From positions 715,116 through 779,115 of the forward strand of contig NMRA01000092.1 in the NCBI GenBank assembly GCA_002633005.1: a DNA stretch of 64,000 nucleotides, given 5' to 3'. Below are positions 53,060 to 64,000 of the stretch, one piece after another. The translations under genes and the position numbers were made by a program. This DNA comes from Phoronis australis. Taxonomy: Eukaryota; Animalia; Phoronida. A model generated the notes under the pieces. The model worked only from the letters and a program-made list of their open reading frames with translations, made no database searches and was not told where the DNA came from. Positions within the stretch are counted from its first letter, which is position 1, and each line of letters starts with the position of its first letter.

Positions 53060-53245
53060 TTCAAGCTGACCAATAGTATTCAAGCTTGGCCAATATTATT
53101 TAAGCTTGGCCAATATTATTCAAGCTTGGCCAATATCAATCCACCTTGGTCAGTATTATTCAAACTTGGTCAATGTTATTCAAGCTTGGTTAATATTATT
53201 CAAACTGTGCCAATATTATTCATGCTTGGCAAATATTATTCAAGC
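53060..53245. repeat. 20-bp minisatellite (CCAATATTATTCAAGCTTGG)n, about 9 copies
   Basis: Direct reading of the sequence. Confidence 0.9.
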
Positions 53246-54290
53246 CTTTTGTCCTATCATAAATGGGTGATTAAAATACTTTCAGCAAATTGCATATTTT
53301 CGGGAAACCTTGTTAATGGTCAAGATTAAAAATGATCGTCACACGAAGTTGAATTTCCTTGTTTTCTTATATAAGATATAATCATGTTAATCCTAAAAAT
53401 GTCTTTTCTACTAATAAACCTGTTCACGCTAAACTGTTTGCTTGTGCACTAATTTTTTAACAGAAATGAAAACTCAATCTACGAAGTGAATAATTAAAAT
53501 TAAACGTTGACATCAATTTGTGAACTATTTAGTCATGATATGAATTCACATTTTAAAATAAGTATTATTACAATTGTAGATATAATTATATTAGTTTGCT
53601 CAACGTTAGCTAAAAATCATTCCATAGCGAACTCCGTGGCAGAGACGGCCTGTAACCAGAAACACCTTCGCCGAAAGAGGTCTTTTTAAGCACCCTGGTC
53701 ACTTATTACTTCGCCAACTGAGACTGAACCATTTAAAGCGGCTATAAAGCAACTACTTACCGTTATGAAATTAGTCTAAAATTGCGTCTCAGTCAAAATA
53801 GGCATTATATTTGGGCTTGAGAAGAAGTGACACTTCGTTATTGCTATTGGTCCAACTCTACATTAAGTTGCCATTGTTTCGAGGGATAACGAGATGTCAG
53901 TTCTTTGCAAACCCAAAAATCACGTATCTGAGTAAGGAACGGGCTGAGACAAATTTTATGGTGGCCGTAAGTGATTCATAGCAATGTTTGTTTTCGATGG
54001 ATAAAGATTTACTGCCGCTGTAAATAGTTGGTAACACTTATGTGTAGGCCTACCGTGGATTTCCGAGAGTTCCATCAACATAAAGCTCCCATGCTCGCTA
54101 TTTCGAGATCGTTTTGCATTTCTGGCACGAGACAAAGGTTTCGAAAATGTAACAAAATGTCATTACTTTCTCAATGTTGGTTGGTCCTTAAAAACCTGTC
54201 CCTTAGAAGCTTGTCAATGACTGGTGTCGCCAAAATACTCTTATAGTGGTCAAACTGCTTATGAAGTAAAACTTGGCGAGTGTTTCAAGT

Positions 54291-55027
54291 TCATGACCGG
54301 TGTTTCTTCGACTCTCCGTAGTATTGCAGGCTGGTAACTGGCAGGAAACCATTGGAGGTATAGTCGCCTACCTAGATACCGATGAAGAAGGTAGTAGGCC
54401 ATGAGATTTCATGCGACGACGAGCTCGAGGACGAAGAAATTGCTTCAATCATTTGTCGTAAAAAGTGACGCTATAAAAAGACCTATGCTACGTGAATCTT
54501 ACAATGATTTCAAAACAATCTTTGTTTTTATTTAATCATCCAAGGCAAATAAAAGACAAACAAGTTAAAATGTAGGTAGAAACAAGTCACCACCTCCGAT
54601 AGAGTTGCACTGTTTAATTTCAAGTGTAGTCTGCCTGCCACTCACTCCCTCCTATAGTAAAGGGCACTTTAAAGTCAACTGTGTGAATCAGGGTGCAGTT
54701 TCCGAGCACCAATACTCAAGACACCAATGTGAGATTTTTGAAGATGCGAAATCATTTCAGGGAAAAACGGATGTTTCCGGGCTCTTTTAGAAACTAGCGT
54801 GATTTTGCGAGTTTCTCTCATGTACAGAACGTTCTTCTGAACTCTTGCCCCTCCCGAAGCAACCGTACTTACCGCGGCCTTAAAGGTCCAGGTTCCGCAA
54901 TAAACGCTCCTTGTGCGTGGTAGGTAATATCGCGATGCGTGATAAGTGTTTTGTGGAAAGTCGTAAGTGATCTCTCCTCGCAGTGAGGGATTCGCACCGT
55001 GGTAGGTGTCAAGGGGGATGACAATCC
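54291..55027 (-). CDS. Last two exons of a small uncharacterised spliced gene
   Basis: Exon 55027-54873 (tatacag|GG...GCG|gtaagt) joins in frame to exon 54371-54291 (ccttcttcatcggtatctag|GTA...TGA), giving IVIPLDTYHGANPSLRGEITYDFPQNTYHASRYYLPRTRSVYCGTWTFKAAVGDYTSNGFLPVTSLQYYGESKKHRS*. Confidence 0.6.
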
Positions 55028-55530
55028 CTGTATACAACTAGAATCTCTGAATAATAGCTCAAAGAGCTCATTAATCAGAAAACAGATTTCAACTCTTTAG
55101 CAATCCCATTGGCTTCAGCCTTGTCGCTTTTTATGTTTCGTAATCACGGCTTTCCTCATTTCTTAAAAACTGAGAGACATTATGTTGATATTTTCTGTAA
55201 GCGTAGACTATAGTTTGTTGGATTTTGCATATACCAATGGTAACGTGAACATTGCGACAATTATATTACATTGCCTAATATTATTGGTTCGCATCCTTCT
55301 AACGGAACTGGGTGTAATAAGAACTCTGGTCTGGTTTACCATCACTTTTGTCGGCGGCCAAAATAAATTGTTTACACTCACAATCAAACTAATATGGTGA
55401 TTGAACTTGTTTTGTGGCTAGCTCAAGTTTAACAGACAAATTTGCAATTTTAAGAATTTGATTACTTTTTTTCACCAATATGTAAAATGACAATCGGTGT
55501 ACTCTTTTCCGATGTCTTGCGGACACTTAC

Positions 55531-58433
55531 GACCTTTTGAAAAATGCCGCTAAATTAAAATATTTATCGGTAAATGCTTTAATCTTTTCAAAAAGTGGCC
55601 TGAAGACAACATAAGGAACATGCTTGTAACAGCTAAACACTTGTGGCCCATACACACAAGATAAAGTTAGGCCACTCCGTTTTAGTATCAGAATAATGTA
55701 AGAACACAAAGCTCGTGAGCGTTCGCCTCATGTTGCATGTGAACTGTGGATTGATGCAAACATCCAGGTGAACTATTGTTATACTAGTGCCATCTAGTGA
55801 ACTTCGAGCCTCTCATTTTAGAATCTTTTACGAAGAGAAGCTTCTGCTGATGCTGTTGCCTTAGCAACTTATCGTCGCAGCCATTTCCTGTACCTACTCA
55901 TCTCATACTGTAATGCCCGCATTCGTCGAATTTTGACAGTTCTTGCCATTTTAGTGGACCTTTGTCTCGTTTTGTACTTCTTTGAAGTTTTTGTTTCTCT
56001 GAGGTGGACCTTTTTGCCCACTTCGCCAAATGGGGGGCTCGCTTGAGCCCCCGAGCCCCCTTGGATGCTCGCTTGTTTCATAATATGTTCTTTTAAGAGA
56101 AAAGATAGCATGGTGCCACTCAGAATGTCGTTCACAACGGATGTAACTGACACAATTGTCTTGAACCTTGTCTAAACACTACCAGTCTCGGTATTCGTCT
56201 TAAATGACTAATCGAAATTTGTAGCTAGTGTTTTGACTCGACATTCGGAGTGTATGGGCAGTGATTCAAATGTAGTGCACGGCAATCGGGTTGTGTAGAC
56301 AGTGGTTCAAAAGTCTTATAGGACAATCTTATTCAAAATCGGAGTGTATGGACAAAGCTTTAAAGGTCCTTCACCATCTTCCACAACTTGATTGCTTTGT
56401 GATAACGTCCACACTGCACCTTTCATTGACTGTCAGCAGCCGTCACCCACCGGGATTTTCCGAAGATAAGCCCATACGATGAAACGCCCATGCACGTTAA
56501 ATCGGAAAATTATGCAAAACAAACGCCCATGGGTGTTTATTCGGTGTCGAGTGTACAGATAGTGGGGCGTTTACTCGGAACAGTTCCTCTGAAAAGCCCA
56601 CTCAGGGTAAACTTTTAGTCACAAATTATTTTTTGGGCATTTTGTGGGCGACTATGCATTTATTAACATAAAGTTTAAAAACATAGTTTTAAGTATAAGA
56701 TGTTAAAGTGAATAAAGGAAACCTCTTAATGTAGGGCTACGTCATGCGCGCACCCAGGGGGGGGGGCTCTAACGAGCCCCCCATTTGGCGAAGAGGACAT
56801 AAAGGTCCGCCTCCGAGAAACAAAATGTCCGAGAAAATGAAACAAAAGTCCATAAACAAGCACAAACGCGCAATGCAGAGTAGTGTCCCCGTTTTTTGTC
56901 CACTCTCTCTTTTGTTACCGAAAGGTCCTCAACGTCAGGAATTTGAGCCGCCCATATTGAAGCCTGGGTGCGCGCATGTACGTGTATCGAGTCGATGCTG
57001 GTACTTGTCTAGCCAAAATTATGACTTTCCATTTACACCTTCCCCTTTACCGAATAAACGCCACGGCGTTTAGCTGGTGTTACTAAAACGCCTGAATTTT
57101 TTTCATTTTCCCAATACACACCCACGTGCTTATCTAAGGAAGATCCCGGTAGTCGTCAACGACACAGCCGCGAGTGGTTGACCTGCAACGATTGTCTTAC
57201 GCCTTCACGCACGTGCTGTATTTTTCCGGCTGCAAACAAAATTCACCAAAAACCTAATGGACGTAAGCCTATACAAACAGTGACCTGATCTACGTTTCAT
57301 TTATGGGCTAGACTCAGGCATACTGTCAACTATGATAGGGTAAAAAATTTGTAAAATCTCTCAATTTTGAGAAAGTCGTATGATGAACAACGATACTGTC
57401 AGTTAATCATGTCCAATACACATGAGCGAAATTAAATATGAAAATTAAAAATTAAAAATTATTTGAAACGTGTTTTAGACTTAATTCAGATATTTTCTTA
57501 AATTTCAAAACAAAATTATTACATGTGACCCTTTCCAACCAAATGCTTGGAACAGGTTTGAAAACTCGTAATGGAGCAGGTCTGTTAAATCTGCAGTCGT
57601 TACTAACGCTTTGGGCAAGTTGATGGGCTGTTATCGGAAAACCAAGACAACTAAAACCGCCGAATATAGCCTGTGACACACGAAGTATTTTAGCTGAATG
57701 ATATTTTAGTTTTATCTCAAGGATAGCATAGCAACATAATCAGTTTTTGGGCGAGATCACGATAATGTGTACATAATAATACGGACTGAAATATGATTTT
57801 AACCGGTTTATTCGAGAAGTCATGCACAAAATTGTTTCATATTTCGAGATAACAACTTCCGGTAAACCTACTGTAACAGAATGTATCTTACGACACAATG
57901 CAAAACTGGGCTTGTATCATCCCGACCTTTTACAGGTGGGTTTCCTCGAACCATGCTATCAAAGGGACATGACGACAAACTCAGTGCGAATCGAATGACA
58001 CAATTTAAAAGGCATGACGGCGACATCCCGTTGCTCCCAACTTGATCGATTCTATAGCCCAACAACAAGCTGGGAAGTTTACCCCCGTAGCCAATGTCTT
58101 ACACGACCGGTTAACTCCATTTTGGCATTTATGGTTGGAGGGCCTGCGCTCTTTTGTTCGATAATTGCTCTAATCTCCGATCAGATCGTATCTAGACCGA
58201 CTGGGCTGGGCTGATAAAAATGAAAGTTAAGTTATAACATATTTGAGCTTAAACCAATAGCATTTCTGAATTCCTCGTCAAATGCTGATCATGTTCCGTT
58301 TTTGAATCACCCAAATCGTCCAACTACAACAGAAGTTAAGACAATCTATTCCGTCCAAACGGACGCACTGGGTTTGCTTGTGTTCATACGCGTTCGGTAA
58401 TAGCGTGCAACCTCCATACGTTTCCTTTGAAGC
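55531..58433 (-). CDS. Candidate upstream micro-exons of the same gene (44, 35, 59, 29, 19 nt)
   Basis: AG/GT-bounded segments 58433-58390, 57926-57892, 57581-57523, 57229-57201 and 55549-55531 chain with matching phases into the 55027 exon. Some are open in more than one frame and one acceptor is weak (AAG). Confidence 0.38.
55855..55868. promoter_or_regulatory. RFX X-box motif
   Basis: GTTGCCTTAGCAAC fits GTNRCC-N0-3-RGYAAC; a CTCF-like motif (TCACTAGATGGCACTA, minus strand) lies at 55785-55800. Confidence 0.45.
56447..57151. mobile_element. MITE with ACCGGGAT..TCC ends and internal AAACGCCC repeats, hosting a nested element
   Basis: accgggattttcc...ggaagatcccggt; several aaacgcc/ggcgttt motifs. 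Confidence 0.55.
56743..56978. mobile_element. MITE with perfect 16-bp TIRs and a 5-bp TSD
   Basis: TACGT|CATGCGCGCACCCAGG...CCTGGGTGCGCGCATG|TACGT. Confidence 0.85.
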
Positions 58434-59018
58434 CTGGGAGATAATTAGCCTGCTTGTTATCATACGGGACAAAAGACTGAGCTGGGCAGTTAATAAAAGA
58501 GCCAGATGTTATCGCACGTTCAGCACCCCTCACGTCTGGAAGAGTTACTGAACGACAGAACGCTGTAATGGGGAGATTCAAAGTGAGAACTTTTTGAAGA
58601 ACGAATTCATGACAAATGTATTACGTATGAAATGGGGGAGTGAAAATGACGTCATATTCAGATACCAACACGCCATTAAAGACTGTCAGTATCTTGTAAT
58701 GGTTGAATATGCCAACAATTTCCTTCCACTGAGTAGACAACCAAATCAAATTGCGTGTCGCATGTCAAAGCGCCAAATAAATCTTTCCCGTGTTTGCTTG
58801 ACTGAGCTCATGACCACTCTCACTCTTTTATTTTGCCGTTTTAGCAACAAAGTACTTTGATTTCGCAACGTCATAATGGATTTTGTTCTCAGACGCTTTG
58901 TGAGACCACAAACCTCGAAGAAAATTGGCTGAGTGCCACATTTCCATGCGTTCTTTCCTGCATGTCTGGCCTGTCTTAATACACTTCGTCACTTGCCTGA
59001 ACAGTATCATTTAACAAA

Positions 59019-59903
59019 ATGACTTCAAAGTCTCCGAGTCCACAGCCGTTTCTACCAAGTATTAACGAGAATATCAAGATCGACTTCGTAGAAGATGGCG
59101 CTCAGGGCGGCGTAGAATCTGTTGAAAGCTTCAAGCTTTGGAGGAGGTCGATAACGAGCGTTATGCTTGTGATGAGTGTCGTGCACATCACGCTTGGTTT
59201 CGTCTGTTTCATTGGGGTCATTATAGAAGTCGTTTCTGGTTTTATTCACCCGCAAGTCCCGGGAATTTGGGCTGGCGTTTCATACGTCCTTGGCGGTATT
59301 CTTGTCGGAATTACAATAATACGCCAGGAACTGTTGATGAACGTAGCCCTAGCCATGTTCAACTTAATCACCACATGCATTTCCATTGCTGCATGCGTCA
59401 TATGTTTCAGTCCCGTGACAGGTGTGGACGACTTAGGAAAAGACGAAAGCGACATGTTCGCGATGGCCGTAGCTATGTCCGGTACCTCGGCCAGCATAGA
59501 AATCGTGCTTAATGCGATTAGCATGTTCATATCTGTGCGCGGGCTGTTCAACTGGTGTCAGTATAACAGCGATCTGCACCAGCAGGAGCAAGTGGAGATC
59601 GGCTGTGCTGAAGACGGCACTATGCTGAAGCACTTTGTAGTTTTGGACGAAAAGGGAAAACCAGTCGACGTAAGACGACCAACTGTCTGGGTGGACCCAG
59701 GGGACCCTACCTCCTTGGATTATGATATATTTGTTCGTGGTCCTTCAACTAGCGGCTTAGCTGGTCATAGGCAGTCAAGCATTAAACCGTATACTAAAGA
59801 CAAAACCAAGTTACCCATCCCAGTTCCTCCAAAGAAGAAAAGGAAAAAACGGAAGCGAGAGCTGTTACAAGTTGGGCTGAAGAAAACCGAGAGTGGATTC
59901 TGA
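59019..59903 (+). CDS. MS4A/CD20-like four-transmembrane protein, single coding exon, 294 aa
   Basis: Four hydrophobic segments with a CD20-family pattern (VVHITLG, PGIWAGVSYVLGG, FNLITTCIS, ASIEIVLNAIS), followed by a cytoplasmic tail ending in a basic cluster (PKKKRKKRKR). Confidence 0.8.
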   Translation: MTSKSPSPQPFLPSINENIKIDFVEDGAQGGVESVESFKLWRRSITSVMLVMSVVHITLGFVCFIGVIIEVVSGFIHPQVPGIWAGVSYVLGGILVGITIIRQELLMNVALAMFNLITTCISIAACVICFSPVTGVDDLGKDESDMFAMAVAMSGTSASIEIVLNAISMFISVRGLFNWCQYNSDLHQQEQVEIGCAEDGTMLKHFVVLDEKGKPVDVRRPTVWVDPGDPTSLDYDIFVRGPSTSGLAGHRQSSIKPYTKDKTKLPIPVPPKKKRKKRKRELLQVGLKKTESGF

Positions 59904-60775
59904 GAAGTGCTTAATTATTTCCATATTTGGTTTAGAGGCTTAAGAGCTATGAAGTATACGTAGGCAGAGTGTCCACCGTCTTATTCTTTGAATTGGCTAA
60001 TGTACGATGTCGTAAGGGAGGGATGTGTTGTGACATATAGTAACGCGTCCGGCGTTTTTGGTCGTGTCTGTAGGGAGGGTAGCTGTCCACCTAAGTTGCC
60101 TCTGCGTTATTTATCTGTGCAAACTAGTAAAATTTGAGTCGTTGAAAGGTCTATCCAATTGGAAGAATATTTGCAGTGATCTTAAAGCATGCTTTGTTAA
60201 TAATTCTTCCTTAAAGCGAGACCATGAAGGACTCTAAAGCGTGGCAACTCCGCGCACCGAAACATGACCCACAATAACCTAAAACGACTATTCCGTTGTT
60301 TTATCACAAAAAATCTAATTTGGACTACTCTGCCGTTGTAAAATTGGTAGTATATTATTCGTTCGTCACATGTCAGTGCTTCGAAATAACTGACAGCTCA
60401 ATAAGGCTCCAGACCAGACTCAGTTGGCTTGTCACGGCGCGTCGTTTTGTGGGCTCAAGGAATAACGAACTCGGGCAATTCTTTTATTAGACAAGTCTCG
60501 ATAGCATTTTACTAGGTGAGGAGAAAATGTGGAAATGTCCCCTTAGCAGTCTATTGCACCATTTTGTGCCCAAAAGTAATCTCACTGAAGAGGTGAAGAG
60601 GTATACAGGACGTGCCGTTGAGAAACGTGACTTTTTCACGACCAATTTCTCTAAAAAGGGTGCGTTTTTGGTAGCTTACCCCTATCAAAGCGTGGCTTTC
60701 CGATGATGTGACAAAGAATCAACGAAGGTATGTTAGAAAAGAAGTAATTTATTCATAAACAAAAAGTAGCATGCG

Positions 60776-60855
60776 TGTGAACGATGATTGCAGAGTCGGT
60801 CAGAACATTATATATATATATAATGTTCTGACCGACTCTGCAATCATCGTTCACA
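60776..60855. repeat. Perfect 80-bp palindrome centred on (TA)n
   Basis: tgtgaacgatgattgcagagtcggtcagaacat(ta)n atgttctgaccgactctgcaatcatcgttcaca. Confidence 0.95.
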
Positions 60856-61230
60856 GTATACACAGTATAAATACTGGTTTAATTTCCTGAGAGAACGTAC
60901 TGATAGTAATAGCGAGGCCATTTCTGGTCGGGAAATACACCTGGCTTTCCAGAAAACCTCGAGTATATGCGTAGCCTCAAATAATCTCTTCATCCGGAAC
61001 ACCTGGAGTATTTTCGTAAACTCAAGTTTCCCTCGAATGTGAACGTCATCTGTGCATGTGCAAAAACAGTCATACGGCCAATTGTTCTCTAGCTTGAAAG
61101 TTGCATAACATGCTATGTGACTGAAGTCCACACATGCGCAGACAGCGTTCACCTCCGAGGATAAACTGCACTCCTTCACACTGGTACGAAAGGTAGCACT
61201 GTGGAAAGTTGTTTTTAATGGCTTCTCATT

Positions 61231-62172
61231 CAGTGGCGGATCTAGGATATCATAAGGGGGGGCAACATTTTTCCTGTAAAAATTTACTCAAAGAACGATT
61301 GTAGATGCGCATAGCACCGAATGGAGGGAGGTCGGGAGGGGGGTTTGCCCCCCTCCGGTCCAGGAAGTATTATCCAAGAAAAAAGGACAAAAAAAAAACA
61401 AAAACAAAGAAGGTGTCAGCCAGGAAAACCTGCAAGTACCACAGACTCGAATTCACGACCTAGCGGACATAGCGCGAGTGCTTTACCACTACACCACCAA
61501 GATTTAACTCCTAAATTGATACTAATAGACCTACTTGTTTATGGTCCACAGCGTTTGCGCCCGAATCCTCCTTCTTTTTGTAATACTTATTACATGTTTT
61601 ATATTTTGTGCAATCAGTTCGTAACAAATTTGTTGTATTTAAAATAGTCTTCAATTGCCCAAAAGACCAAATCTGTTTTTTGTGTTGGCAATAATGACGC
61701 GATTGCTTTGGAAATCGTCTTAAGTTAAGGTTCGACAAAGAGAGAATTATGAGTTTCTGAGTGATTCACTAAGGCTTCGATTAAAATTGACATCTTACCA
61801 GCAGCTTTTCACCATCACTCAGATTCCATTTCTTTAAAAAATGAAGTAATTCTCTTCATTGCACAGTGGATCAGACGACGGAAACGGAGTCGTAGTGCCC
61901 AGCGCCACTGCCTGAGGTAGCGCGGAAACGCCTATACTTAGCCATAGTTCTGTTACGATTGCGCCGTATTCCGAATTTGACACTTGAAATTGGATCTGAG
62001 CCCCCCCCCAAATACTAAAACTGCACACATTTAAATCTTGTTTCAGACGTATAATTTTAATTACCCGGGTTAATTAATAAACTCAACCTTTCCCTTCGCT
62101 CTTGCTGTTTTATTTTTTTTTGCGGCAGCCAAGGGGGGGGGAGGGCCCCCTGCCCCCCTAAATCCGCCTATG
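61231..62172. mobile_element. Non-autonomous TIR element with a 5-bp TSD, containing a tRNA-like segment (about 61435-61500, minus strand)
   Basis: TCATT|CAGTGGCGGATCTAGG...CCTAAATCCGCCTATG|TCATT; G/C-run subterminal sequence. Confidence 0.75.
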
Positions 62173-63567
62173 TCATTGGTTAAAATAATGAAACGGACGT
62201 CATAACATTCAGTCATTCCCATTGGTTGAAATTTGAGAAACCCCTTTCAGTTTACTGTTACGTAGTATGGCGACCACATTTGACTTGAATAGTTGCAATC
62301 AAGGGAACCCCGATCCCGTAGCTAAGTCCAAACAAGTACAGTGCACAGAAGGCGTGTGCAAGTGGTGGCGATGTGATCGATAAACTTCCGACCAAGCATG
62401 CGCATTGATGCCCACACACAAAATTCCGTTTGTCGTTCATCATGTTTCCACAGGGCCACTTTTCAGTATAGGTGGCGCTGTGTCAGAGCGTAAGGAAAAA
62501 CTTGAGGCAACGGAAATACCGGATGCTCTTGAAGGTGTTTCACTTCTGTGCATGGGGCTAACTTCAATCATAAATACATAGGGGTAAGAGACGACTGAAA
62601 TTATGGCTTCATCTGAGAAGGTCTCAAGTCTTTTCTGTCATCCTCACTCATTAATTTGCCTTTTGATGTACTGTTAACAACCCTTGTTTAAGCCTGTTAT
62701 TACAGGGGTATTCCGGAGCTTTCGATGACATTCTTCGTATCGATGACTATCTCTACTAACTGAAGTTTGCACACGTCCATCAGAAATTAAACACCGACAA
62801 CGTCCGTGTATTTTCGTTTCCTCAATACCCAAGATGTTCCGAATACTACGAGGAATGTATGAGTTTTCTACAAACATATTCGAGGTGTTCTGGTTGACTA
62901 CCTCGTAGACACACCGCGATAGGTTGCTCGCAGTTTCGTAAAGAGGTTATGCGAAAACTAAAGCTTTTTCTACCAACGAAATAACATAGTCCTTCACAAA
63001 GTCCGCTGTCCGTTACCATCCAATCGATAGATTTCAAAAACGCGTCTGTTCTTATAACCATATCCAAACTGTGATTTTGTTTAATTTGGGGCATCATATG
63101 CCGCTTATTTTAAAAACCATCTTCGCAAAATGGCCTTTGTTTTCAAATGTAGTCACAGCAACAACATATCTGGTCGTTTTTTATCACGACGTTTACATAC
63201 AAAAAATGCTGTACTTTTTAAAATGTAGATTTCTAGAAAATATGGACTTATGGTCCGGTAATATACTAAAATGAATAAAATTACGTTCCAAAATAAATTG
63301 TTTATAAAATCTTCACTTTCGTCCAATTTCTTCTAGCGCCGGTAACTACTGCGATGCGCTTGCTCCGTTTTGGCTGGCAGTTCAGTGGAGAAGATCAAAC
63401 GATGTCACCGATGCTCTGTAAACATCCAGTCGAATTCAATCGATTCATTTGCCTAAACGATAAGTTAAGTGGAAAACATTCTTTGTCCCACTACAACCGT
63501 TAGCAACCGTTTGGCCTGTGATTGTCGCTTGACTGCTCTTGTTGACGTCAACTCGCTAGGCGCATGC

Positions 63568-63711
63568 TCACGATGTGTGTGCAGTGTAAATATCTTGAGA
63601 ATTGTCTGGTATTAGTCCACAACACAAAAAACGTTTGTATGCGCGTCTGAACTGAGGGTTGATTGAATAGATGAACACATTACACATCGAGTTTAGCCAG
63701 CCCAACCACAC
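63568..63711 (-). CDS. Terminal exon of a rhodopsin-like (class A) GPCR: TM7, helix 8 and tail; the rest lies beyond the right edge
   Basis: tatttgcag|GTG TGG... gives VWLGWLNSMCNVFIYSINPQFRRAYKRFLCCG...*, an amine-receptor-like WLGWxNS, FR helix 8 and CC palmitoylation site. Confidence 0.85.
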   Translation of the reverse strand: MWLGWLNSMCNVFIYSINPQFRRAYKRFLCCGLIPDNSQDIYTAHTS

Positions 63712-64000
63712 CTGCAAATAAATATAAGAATTCATAACATCGGTGACTAAGGAAAGATCTGAGTGGGGTTCATTGCCCAACGGGCCAAGTCCGCATTCAA
63801 TTTATTACAGATTTGACAAGTGTCAAGCAGCTAACTGTGTTGGTGTTCAGGTGGAAGCAGTTTTACAAAGTATGGTTCTTTGCATCGGAAAGTACCACGT
63901 TTACAAACAAAGATTAAAGTGCAAATATCCCTGCCTTGTAATGTTTAAAAAGGAAGTTGCATTGTACATTTCCACTGAACGGTATAATAATATATATATA

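Noticed and set aside
58103-58143. Additional 41-nt micro-exon (GPPTINAKMELTGR) of the hidden gene
   Set aside because: Good donor but a purine-rich acceptor, and its phase duplicates the 58433-58390 exon; cannot be placed without transcripts.
59052-59633. Overlapping and antisense ORFs within the MS4A-like gene (likewise within 49062-50522 and the NCAPG exons)
   Set aside because: Shadow frames of real coding sequence.
60575-60645. Hammerhead-like CTGAAGAG...GAAAC
   Set aside because: No convincing stem II, and GAC rather than GUH follows stem III.
60844-61179. 111-aa minus-strand ORF as a gene or a further exon of the hidden gene
   Set aside because: It has a donor-like site near 60900, but I could not link it in phase or recognise the protein.
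1-64000. Species assignment
   Set aside because: Gene and repeat content suggest a non-vertebrate animal, but the sequence alone does not support naming a taxon.

Overview
Intron-rich, AT-rich animal (invertebrate-like) genomic DNA, not prokaryotic; most of the ORF track is spurious or exon fragments. Left half: a head-to-head pair made of NCAPG (condensin I subunit CAP-G, minus strand, 18 coding exons traced in phase, about 950 aa, running off the left edge) and a KIAA0825-like gene (plus strand, 20 exons, about 1,315 aa). They share a promoter region with a CDE/CHR cell-cycle element and a CTCF-like motif. Right half: a decayed Penelope-like retroelement, an intronless 486-aa orphan ORF, a probable small minus-strand gene built partly of micro-exons that the ORF track does not resolve, an intronless MS4A/CD20-like four-TM gene, and the last exon of a class A GPCR. 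Introns and spacers carry MITEs, tRNA-derived repeats, Helentron-like repeats, minisatellites and perfect palindromes. There are three single-N gaps: two are flanked by near-identical duplications that look like unmerged alleles, and one cuts an exon. The most unusual signals are the hidden micro-exon gene and a four-fold tandem copy of a splice acceptor in the KIAA0825-like gene. All identifications come from reading the sequence and recalled family motifs; no searches were run.
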